Below, piece after piece: positions 1 to 7,322 of a stretch of DNA of 32,000 bases. A model generated the notes under the pieces. It made no database searches, was not told the origin of the DNA, and saw nothing but the letters and a program-made list of their open reading frames with translations. This DNA is from an uncultured Actinomycetes bacterium (GTDB lineage Bacteria; Actinomycetota; Actinomycetes; S36-B12; CAIYMF01). Within the stretch, counting starts at the first letter, position 1; each line of letters starts with the position of its first letter. Position numbers and translations under genes: made by a program. The DNA is taken from the NCBI GenBank assembly GCA_963843975.1, contig CAWJMG010000003.1, positions 1,770,001-1,802,000 of the forward strand, written 5' to 3'.

Positions 1-1129
1 GATCGCGCATCGCCCCGACCGCGAGACGCTCGAGGGCGCCTCGCACCTCTTCCGCGACTTCCGCGAGCAGCCGTCCGCCGCCCTGGCCCGCACCGCCGAG
101 GTGGGTCTGCGGTCGGCGGTGTCCCCCAACGAGCGGATGCTCACGATCTGGCACCCGTGGAGCAGCTATGTCGTCGTCCCGCTGTTCGCCCTCGCCAACA
201 CCGGCTTCCCCATCCCGTGGGGCTCCCTCGGCGCGGCGCTGACCTCGACCGTCACCATCGCGGTCGTCGTCGGCCTGGTCGTCGGCAAGCCGCTCGGCGT
301 GATCCTCACGTCGTGGCTCGCCGTACGGCTCTCACTTGGACGCATCACGACGCCGATCGGGTGGGCCGGCGTGCTCGGCACCGCCACGGTCTCCGGCGTC
401 GGCTTCACCCTCAGCCTGCTCATCGCCACGCTCGCCTTTGACGGCGAAGACCTCGAGCACGCCAAGCTCGGCGTGATCGTCGCGGCGGTCGTCTCGACGC
501 TGCTCACCTGGCTGGTCTTCCGCGTCACCGACGCGCTGCCCGAGAAGCGCCGCGAGCGCGCGCTCTTCGGATCGTCGGCCCTGCCATCGGACCTCGTCGA
601 CGACGTCGACCCCCAGGGCGACCACGTGCGCGGCGACCTCGACGGCGAGGTGACGCTCGTGGAGTACGGCGACTTCGAGTGCCCCTACTGCGGCCAGGCC
701 GAGCCGATCGTGCGCGCGCTGCTCGAGGACGAGGTCGGTCTGCGCTACGTCTGGCGGCACCTGCCGCTGCGCGACGTCCACCCGCACGCCCAGCTCGCCG
801 CCGAGGCGTCGGAGGCGGCCGCCTCGCAGGGCGCGTTCTGGGAGATGCACGACCTCCTGCTCGACCACCAGGGGGCGCTCACCGTCTCCGACCTGCTGCA
901 GTACGCCGACGGGCTCGGTCTCGACGTGAAGCGCTTCGCGCGCGAGCTCCGCGACCGCCGTCACGCCCAGCGCATCGAGGGCGACGTCGACTCCGCCGAC
1001 GCCAGCGAGGTGTCCGGCACGCCGTCGTTCTTCATCAACGGACAGCGCTACACCGGGCCCGTCGAGGAGGAGCCGCTCCGCGAGGCCCTCGAGCTCGCGC
1101 GCCAGAACGCACGGGCCGCGGCCTTGTAG
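1..1129 (+). CDS. nhaA: Na+/H+ antiporter NhaA (C-terminal part; 5' end lies outside the window) fused to a DsbA-like thioredoxin-fold domain
   Basis: Frame 2 is open from base 2, so the listed start at 101 is not the real start and the gene enters from upstream. 'SPNERMLTIWHPWSSYVVVPLFALANTG' and the following TM helices look like the conserved NhaA core. The C-terminal ~170 aa carry a CxxC motif ('GDFECPYCGQ') and a DsbA-type tail ('GTPSFFINGQRY'). Stop TAG at 1127-1129. Confidence 0.88.
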   Translation, partial: IAHRPDRETLEGASHLFRDFREQPSAALARTAEVGLRSAVSPNERMLTIWHPWSSYVVVPLFALANTGFPIPWGSLGAALTSTVTIAVVVGLVVGKPLGVILTSWLAVRLSLGRITTPIGWAGVLGTATVSGVGFTLSLLIATLAFDGEDLEHAKLGVIVAAVVSTLLTWLVFRVTDALPEKRRERALFGSSALPSDLVDDVDPQGDHVRGDLDGEVTLVEYGDFECPYCGQAEPIVRALLEDEVGLRYVWRHLPLRDVHPHAQLAAEASEAAASQGAFWEMHDLLLDHQGALTVSDLLQYADGLGLDVKRFARELRDRRHAQRIEGDVDSADASEVSGTPSFFINGQRYTGPVEEEPLREALELARQNARAAAL

Positions 1130-1149
1130 GGCTGGGTAGCCTCAGCCGC

Positions 1150-1584
1150 ATGCCTATCAAGCTGGAGAACGTCGGCATCGCCGTCCGCGACCTCGACGAT
1201 GCCATCGCCTTCTTCACCGACCTCGGTCTCACCGTCCTCGGCCGCGACACCGTCAGCGGCGAGTGGACCGACACCGCGGTCGGCCTCGACGGCAACCACT
1301 CCAGGATCGCGATGCTCCAGACCCCGGACGGCCAGGGCACGCTCGAGCTCTTCGAGTACATCCACCCCGCCGCCATCGAGACCGAGCCGACGCGCCCCAA
1401 CGAGATCGGCATGCACCGCGTCGCGTTCTCCGTCGACGACATCGACGCCGCCCTGGAGATCGCCGCCAAGCACGGGTGCCATCCGCTGCGCGGCGTGGCG
1501 ACGTACGAGGACATCTACAAGCTCACCTACCTGCGCGGCCCCAGCGGCATCATCGTGATGCTGGCCCAGGCCCTGCAGAAGTAG
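1150..1584 (+). CDS. VOC (glyoxalase/bleomycin-resistance/dioxygenase fold) family protein
   Basis: ATG at 1150 inside ORF 679..1584; the upstream part of that ORF is Arg/Pro-rich junk. 'MPIKLENVGIAVRDLDDAIAFFTDLGL...HRVAFSVDDIDAAL' has the typical paired beta-alpha-beta-beta-beta VOC pattern. Confidence 0.8.
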   Translation: MPIKLENVGIAVRDLDDAIAFFTDLGLTVLGRDTVSGEWTDTAVGLDGNHSRIAMLQTPDGQGTLELFEYIHPAAIETEPTRPNEIGMHRVAFSVDDIDAALEIAAKHGCHPLRGVATYEDIYKLTYLRGPSGIIVMLAQALQK

Positions 1585-1593
1585 CGGCCGGGA

Positions 1594-1980
1594 GTGCACG
1601 TGCTGGAGACATCGGAGGCGGTCGCCTTCCTGCCGTCGCAGGACCTCGAGCGTTCGGAGCGGTTCTTCGCCGGCGTGCTGGGCCTCGAGGTGATGAGCCG
1701 GTCTCCCTTCGCCACGGTGTTCCGCGTCGGGGGCGCCACGCTGCGCGTCACGAAGGTCGACGAGCTGCGACCGCAGCCGTTCACCGTCTTCGGGTGGGTT
1801 GTGCCGGACCTCCGCGCCGTGATCCGCGAGCTGCACGACCGCGAGACCGAGCAGCTCCGCTACGACGGCATGGGCCAGGACGACGACGGCATCTGGACGA
1901 CGCCCGGCGGCGACCTCGTCGCCTGGTTCCACGACCCCGACGCGAACGTCCTGTCCCTGACCCAGCTCGCCCAGGAATGA
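1594..1980 (+). CDS. VOC/glyoxalase-fold family protein (second, tandem copy, divergent in sequence)
   Basis: The 128-aa ORF contains 'AFLPSQDLERSERFFAGVLGLEV...' and a C-terminal 'WFHDPDANVLSL' motif typical of VOC proteins. The start is GTG 1594 or GTG 1600; a GGGAG sits just upstream. Confidence 0.72.
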   Translation: MHVLETSEAVAFLPSQDLERSERFFAGVLGLEVMSRSPFATVFRVGGATLRVTKVDELRPQPFTVFGWVVPDLRAVIRELHDRETEQLRYDGMGQDDDGIWTTPGGDLVAWFHDPDANVLSLTQLAQE

Positions 1981-2157
1981 GCTGGCACCGGCACAACCAG
2001 ACGATCCACATCGGCACATCGGCTCGGCCTCACACCACCTAATCTGTGGACGCTGGCCGACTTGCCGGTAAGGGATGGCACGAAAGCCGAGGCGGAGACG
2101 CGGCAGGCTGAAGGCAGGTAGTAGACCCCGGCCGCCCGCAAGCACGTAGCGGCACTG

Positions 2158-2370
2158 TTAGCTTCGGTAGAAGTAGACCGTCATCGTCGGCCAGTCGCGA
2201 CCGTCGTCGTCTAGTTCGCTATGGAACACGACGTCCTGGACATGGACGACGCCCAAGCCGTCGATCGAATCGGCCACTCGACGCATGAGCGCCGGAACGT
2301 TCTCCTGCCCGTCTCCGGCCGGATTCGCCTGTGAGAAGTGCTCAACGGTCCACCGGTCGTCCTCGGTCAT
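2158..2370 (-). CDS. Hypothetical small acidic protein (70 aa)
   Basis: Clean ORF from ATG to a TAA stop, which is unusual in this GC-rich context. GC looks lower by eye than in the flanks. I recognise no motif. Coding status rests on ORF integrity and plausible non-repetitive composition only. Confidence 0.4.
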   Translation of the reverse strand: MTEDDRWTVEHFSQANPAGDGQENVPALMRRVADSIDGLGVVHVQDVVFHSELDDDGRDWPTMTVYFYRS

Positions 2371-2420
2371 GCGGCAATCATCTCGCAGCGTCCGCGCACT
2401 ATCGGCACATCTGCACCATC

Positions 2421-3083
2421 TCAGGGGGACTCACCATGAGCAGACGTTGCCTGCTTCGTCACGGCGGCACCGGCGACGATCCAGCCGATACCAACCAGCA
2501 TGTACCCCACAACGCCGAACACCCGGTAGAGGCCGTGCGCGTCGGAGACGTCCTGCGGGACCAGGGCGATGGCGAAGGCGGTGCCGAGCAAGCAACCGAT
2601 ACCGACGAAGGCCCGACGGACCGCCCGTGCTGGGCCCGCGCTGTGGTCTGAAGAGAGCCCGAGGAGCAGGAGCCCGGCGGCTTCTACGGGCATCAGCATG
2701 GGAGGGCTTATGGCCCGCAGCACGAGATCCAGTACGCCCGGAACCAGCAAGGACACGAGCACGAGGGCATACCCGACCCGTGCGGCTCTGCCCTCACCGG
2801 TCACCGCTGCACGCGCTCCGATCAGCCCGGCGGCGATGAGCAGGCTGGGCGCGCTGCTCATCCAGCCACCCCACACCTGACCTTCCACGCCGAGCCACTC
2901 ACCGCGCTCGTACACCGAAGTCGGGCCATGGAGGATCGTGTACACGGGCAGCAGCGCCGCCATGATCGCGCCGCCGGCCATGATCGCCACCCCCGGCCAG
3001 CGGGGCCCCGAAGGAGATTCGCTCAGTTCGACCACCTCCAGCGGCGTAGAAGCTGGACCCGTGCACGAAGCCAAGCACCGCAT
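2421..3083 (-). CDS. Hypothetical integral membrane protein (about 5-6 predicted TM helices)
   Basis: The 220-aa ORF has repeated hydrophobic stretches ('AIMAALLPVYTIL', 'APSLLIAAGLIGA', 'YALVLVSLLVPGVL', 'VGIGCLLGTAFAIALV', 'VVGYMLVGIGWIVAGAAV'). The start is uncertain: 3083, or an internal Met at 2981. Confidence 0.5.
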   Translation of the reverse strand: MRCLASCTGPASTPLEVVELSESPSGPRWPGVAIMAGGAIMAALLPVYTILHGPTSVYERGEWLGVEGQVWGGWMSSAPSLLIAAGLIGARAAVTGEGRAARVGYALVLVSLLVPGVLDLVLRAISPPMLMPVEAAGLLLLGLSSDHSAGPARAVRRAFVGIGCLLGTAFAIALVPQDVSDAHGLYRVFGVVGYMLVGIGWIVAGAAVTKQATSAHGESP

Positions 3084-3218
3084 CGACGATCGCGAGCGCG
3101 AATGCCGGTTAGGCGCGGCGTGCGTGGCGGGTTCCGGGCATGGCGCTGGGACCGCCCCCTCTCGGGTGGTGCGGTCTCTCGGTCGTGCTCGTGGATCCCG
3201 TGTGCGGCCGGCCCTTCT

Positions 3219-4730
3219 TCAGGGCCGGGTTCGTGAGGGTGCGGGGTCGGGTGGTTCGAAGGTGAGCCAGGTCGGGCAGCCCGGGTCGATGCCGGGGTTC
3301 GTCACGATGGTCCAGCCGCCCTCGTGCACGGCGTGGTGATGGCGGGCGCAGAGCAGGGTCAGGTTGTCGAGGTTGGTTTCCCCGCCCGCCTCCCACTCGT
3401 GGAGGTGGTGGGCCTCGCACCAGCCGACCCCGATCCGGCAGCCCGGGAACGCGCAGTGCCGGTCCCGGATCTCCAGCGCCCGACGCAGCCGCGGTGGGAC
3501 GGTGCGGTAGCGGCGGCCCTCGTCCCACACGTGCGCGCGACGGCGCAGCAGCCGGGCGGAGTCCGGATCGAGGTCGCAGCCCGCGACCGGGTGCAGCAGA
3601 CCCAGGCCGTGGTGTGCCTGGGTGTGCGCCGACCGGCGTGCACCGCCGTGGTGGGCGGGGCCGTGGCACGGGACGCCGTCGTGGTGGTGGGTGTGCCGGT
3701 CCGCGACCGACCCGACGGTGGACAGCTCGGTGACATCGGCGTCGCAGAGCATCCGCTTGACGGTCTCCCCGTTGACCAGGACGGGGTTGGCGTAGCCGGG
3801 GACGGTCAGCTCGCCGGGGAACCCGGCGGTGACATCGTCGACAGTCGTGGTCAGGGTGATGTGCGGCTTGACCCCGTGGGACTGGCCGACCAGGCCGTTG
3901 CCCAGCCACAGCTGCACCAGGTGGTTCAAGGACAACGCGTCCTGGTGCGCGGACGCGTTGCGACGCCGCCGCTCATCGACCGCAGCGTCACCGGTGGGCT
4001 GCTCCTCGGGGGTCAGGGACCCCTCTCGGTACTTCGCATCCCGCATCCGGTCCAGCAGCACCTTGAGCGCTGCCCCGTTCTCGAGCGTGAGCGCGCCCTT
4101 GATCACGAACTGGTCCCCCACCTGGGTGACCGTCAGGAACTGGGAGGCCATCGCCTCCTCCGCCCGACGCGACGCCGCCTCCGGATCCAGGATCTCCTTG
4201 AGCACGGCGGCGGCGCCGACGACCTCCTCCACCGAGCCCTGCTCCGCGATCGGCAGCAGGTACTCCTCGCAGAACGTGCGCCAGGCGACCCGGTCGGCGT
4301 CGACCTTGTCCGCGATCGCGGCCTCGCTGCCCCGCACCACCGCAGCGGCCAGATCCGGGGTGATCCGCCCGGCGACCTGCGCGACCCGAGTCGCGGCATA
4401 CGAGCGCTGCATCCGCGCCGCGGACACCACCGACCCCGCCCTGCCCGGGGCCATCCCGGTCCGCTGGGCCAGGAACACCTTCGTCGACCCGAACCCCTGC
4501 GACAGCAGCACACCCGACGAATCGAGGTGATCCACCGCAACCATCCCGAGGGACTGCGCCGCATCGCGCACCGCGAACAGCTCCGCCGCCAGCTCCGGCA
4601 GACCCACCAGCGGCACCTCGGACACCGCACCCGACCCGGCCAGCGCGCACGCCTCCGTCAGCATCCCCCGCACCCCCGCGACCAGGCGCGCGAACTCACG
4701 CCCCACGTCGACGGAGGTGGCCTGACTCAT
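3219..4730 (-). CDS. DUF222-domain HNH endonuclease (13E12-repeat-type, often multi-copy in actinobacteria)
   Basis: The C-terminus 'RDRHCAFPGCRIGVGWCEAHHLHEWEAGGETNLDNLTLLCARHHHAVHEGGW' is a canonical HNH/ zinc-finger nuclease motif. The long alpha-helical N-terminal region is typical of DUF222. I place the start at ATG 4730 ('MSQATSVDV'), because the 37 upstream codons of the listed ORF are Trp/Gly-rich junk. Confidence 0.88.
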   Translation of the reverse strand: MSQATSVDVGREFARLVAGVRGMLTEACALAGSGAVSEVPLVGLPELAAELFAVRDAAQSLGMVAVDHLDSSGVLLSQGFGSTKVFLAQRTGMAPGRAGSVVSAARMQRSYAATRVAQVAGRITPDLAAAVVRGSEAAIADKVDADRVAWRTFCEEYLLPIAEQGSVEEVVGAAAVLKEILDPEAASRRAEEAMASQFLTVTQVGDQFVIKGALTLENGAALKVLLDRMRDAKYREGSLTPEEQPTGDAAVDERRRRNASAHQDALSLNHLVQLWLGNGLVGQSHGVKPHITLTTTVDDVTAGFPGELTVPGYANPVLVNGETVKRMLCDADVTELSTVGSVADRHTHHHDGVPCHGPAHHGGARRSAHTQAHHGLGLLHPVAGCDLDPDSARLLRRRAHVWDEGRRYRTVPPRLRRALEIRDRHCAFPGCRIGVGWCEAHHLHEWEAGGETNLDNLTLLCARHHHAVHEGGWTIVTNPGIDPGCPTWLTFEPPDPAPSRTRP

Positions 4731-4867
4731 GGGTAATCGTACACCTGTACTACCGACAGCGCAAGGGTTCGACCCGCGATATCCCCAGCAATCCCAACCA
4801 ATCCCGCCGATCCATCCGTTCCAGCCGAAGACGCCCCACATCTGATGCGCCGCTCGAACCTCGCCGC

Positions 4868-4919
4868 CGATTCGGTAGTGCTAGAGCGCTACCTGTGACG
4901 CCTTTGCACTACCGAATCG
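4868..4919 (-). terminator. Perfect 14-bp inverted repeat (CGATTCGGTAGTGC ... GCACTACCGAATCG) with a 24-nt loop; possible factor-independent terminator or protein-binding site downstream of the FAD oxidoreductase gene
   Basis: Arms at 4868-4881 and 4906-4919 are exact reverse complements. The repeat lies 40 nt after the stop of the minus-strand gene ending at 4959. No U-tract follows on the minus-strand transcript, so terminator function is uncertain. Confidence 0.35.
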
Positions 4920-4958
4920 ACCCGTGGGCCAGGACGAGCGCCCGGCGGATCGTCGCCG

Positions 4959-6404
4959 TCAGTGGCCGAGCGCGTGCCAGAAGCGGGCGGCCGCGCGGGA
5001 CGGCCGGCCGGAGCGGGCCTCCGTGCGATCGGCTGTCGCGAACAGCGCGGTCACGGCGTTGACGCCCGTCCAGCGCAGCGGCTCGGGCTCCCAGGCGCGC
5101 GAGCGATGGCCGAAGAGCGGCAGGTCGAGCAGCTCGCTCGCGGAGTCGCGCAGGATCGCGTCGCGCAGGATACGGCCCGCGAGGTTCGCGGTCGCGACGC
5201 CGTCGCCGACGTAGCCGCCTGCCTGCGCGAACCCGGTCGCGGCATCGAACGTGACCGATGGCGTCCAGTCGCGCGGGATCCCGAGGTTGCCGCCCCACGC
5301 ATGCGTGAAGCGCACGCCGCCCAGCACCGGGAACAGGTCCACCAGGATGCGGCGCAGCATCGCGTGCACGCGGTCGTCGAGGTCGTGCCCGGGCCGCACC
5401 GTCGACCCCCAGTGGTACGGCGCCCCGCGCCCGCCGAAGGCGATGCGCCCATCGGCCGTGCGCTGTCCGTAGATCCGGAGGTGCCTCTTGTCGCTGAACG
5501 TCTCGCGCTCGCCGAGGCCGATGCGCTCCCAGACGTCGTCCGCGAGCGGCTCGGTCGCGACCATCAGCGAGTACATCGGCACCAACGCGCGGTGCACGCC
5601 GGGCAGGGTCGGCGTGAAGCCCTCGGTCGCGCGGACGACGACATCGGCCCGCACGACACCGCGCGTGGTCGTGACGCGCCCCTGCTCGATCGACGTGACC
5701 TCGGTGCTCTCGTGGATCGTGACGCCGCGCCGCGCCACCGCAGCGCCGAGACCGACCACGAGCGAGAACGGCTGCAGCGCAGCGCAGTGCGGCGTGTAGG
5801 TGCCGCCGCGCACGTGCGTCGCCCGCACCCTGCGCGACGCCTCCTCCTGGTCGAGGAGCGTCACCTGGTCGGCCATCCCGTACGACGCCCAGCCGGTGAC
5901 CTCGGCCTCCGCGCGTGCGAGCTGCGCGGCGTTGCGCGCGACCGACGCATACCCGCCGGGTGCGAAGCCGCACTCGATCCCCTCGGCCGCGGCCACCGCG
6001 CCGACCTCGCCCACGGTGTCGTTCATCGCCCGCTGCATGCGGATCGCTCCGTCGCGCCCCGCGAGCGAGGACATCCGTCGCATCGACGCCGGGTAGATCG
6101 CCGAGCACCAGCCGCCGTTTCGGCCGGACGCCCCGAAGCCGACGTACTCCCTGTCCAGCACCACGATGCGCAGCGACGGGTCGGCGTCGGCGAGGTAGTA
6201 CGCCGTCCAGAGGCCGGTGTAGCCCGCCCCGACGATCACGACGTCGGCGTCGCGGTCGCCCTCGAGCGGGGCGTACGTCGGCGGCGTGCCCGCCACGGTC
6301 GTGCGCCACAGCGACGCGGGGCCGGGACGCAGGTCGGGGCTCACGGCAGCGAGTCTGGCAGAGCGCTGCGAGCGTCGAGAACGGCTCATCGTCGGTCGCA
6401 CCAC
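4959..6404 (-). CDS. FAD-dependent oxidoreductase (DAO/amine-oxidase type, gamma-glutamylputrescine-oxidase-like)
   Basis: N-terminal dinucleotide-binding motif 'VVIVGAGYTGLWTAYYLA...LDRE..GFGASGRNGGW'. The length and the C-terminal pattern fit the DAO family. The start is GTG 6404 (3 nt after the upstream stop) or ATG 6389. Confidence 0.83.
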   Translation of the reverse strand: MVRPTMSRSRRSQRSARLAAVSPDLRPGPASLWRTTVAGTPPTYAPLEGDRDADVVIVGAGYTGLWTAYYLADADPSLRIVVLDREYVGFGASGRNGGWCSAIYPASMRRMSSLAGRDGAIRMQRAMNDTVGEVGAVAAAEGIECGFAPGGYASVARNAAQLARAEAEVTGWASYGMADQVTLLDQEEASRRVRATHVRGGTYTPHCAALQPFSLVVGLGAAVARRGVTIHESTEVTSIEQGRVTTTRGVVRADVVVRATEGFTPTLPGVHRALVPMYSLMVATEPLADDVWERIGLGERETFSDKRHLRIYGQRTADGRIAFGGRGAPYHWGSTVRPGHDLDDRVHAMLRRILVDLFPVLGGVRFTHAWGGNLGIPRDWTPSVTFDAATGFAQAGGYVGDGVATANLAGRILRDAILRDSASELLDLPLFGHRSRAWEPEPLRWTGVNAVTALFATADRTEARSGRPSRAAARFWHALGH

Positions 6405-6407
6405 GAC

Positions 6408-7322
6408 CTAGGAGAGCACGTCCTTGCGCAGGAACTTCCGCCAGGCGAGGGCGAGCAGCACCGATGCGTACGCCACCGAGAGGACGGCGCCGCGGCCCAT
6501 GTCCTGCCACACGACCGGGTCGTTGAAGGCGTCCACCCACGCGCCGATGTAGTGCGTCGGCAGGATCTCGCGCACCGGCCCGAGGTCCTCCACCTGGTCG
6601 AGGATGGTCGAGATGATCACGAGCATCACCGCGCCACTTACCGCTCCGAGCGGGGCGTCGGTGTGCACCCCGAGGAAGAACGCGAGCGAGGCCACGAACA
6701 GCATCGAGACCGCGAGATAGCCGATGACGATGGACAGCCGGAACAGCGCCTCGCCCGTCGGGATGACGCTCCCGAGCGGAGTGCGCGCCGGGCCGAAGCC
6801 GAAGAAGATGCCGCCCGATATCAACGCCGACACGGGCAGGATCACGAGACAGGTCAGGGCGAGCCCGAACGAGACCACGAGCTTCTGCCGCAGCAGGCGC
6901 GCCCGCGACACGGGCGATGCGAGCAGGTACTTCAGCGACGACCACCCAGCCTCGCTCGCCACCGTGTCGCCGCAGAAGAGCGCGACCACGACCACGACGA
7001 GCAGGGTCGACGACACGAACACCACGAACAGCGCGAAGTTCACTGCGCCGCCAGTGGCGAGGTCGACGAACCGGGTCCCGCCCGGCACCACGCCCTGGCG
7101 GTTGCGGGCGAACAGCGCCGCCAGCACGAGCGGGAACAGTGCGAGCCCGGCGAGGACGAGCTGCGTACGACGTCGCCTCCACTGACGTACGAGCTCGACC
7201 CGCAGCGGCAGCGTGCGGCCCGCGGACCACCCCGCGGCCGAGCCGTCGGCGGCGGCGGACGGCGGGGGCGGCGCAGACCTGAGCAGGTCGTGGACGCCGC
7301 GCGTCGTGGAGGTGCTGCTCAT
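6408..7322 (-). CDS. ABC-2 type transporter permease
   Basis: Six hydrophobic segments follow a charged, Pro/Ala-rich N-terminal tail. Its ATG overlaps the stop of the upstream ATPase-containing gene (ATGA at 7319-7322), indicating translational coupling. Confidence 0.75.
   Translation of the reverse strand: MSSTSTTRGVHDLLRSAPPPPSAAADGSAAGWSAGRTLPLRVELVRQWRRRRTQLVLAGLALFPLVLAALFARNRQGVVPGGTRFVDLATGGAVNFALFVVFVSSTLLVVVVVALFCGDTVASEAGWSSLKYLLASPVSRARLLRQKLVVSFGLALTCLVILPVSALISGGIFFGFGPARTPLGSVIPTGEALFRLSIVIGYLAVSMLFVASLAFFLGVHTDAPLGAVSGAVMLVIISTILDQVEDLGPVREILPTHYIGAWVDAFNDPVVWQDMGRGAVLSVAYASVLLALAWRKFLRKDVLS

Noticed and set aside
3208-3228. 7-bp hairpin CCGGCCC-TTCTTCA-GGGCCGG straddling the HNH stop codon as a terminator
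   Set aside because: The stem is short, there is no U-tract, and it overlaps coding sequence. This is insufficient to call a terminator.
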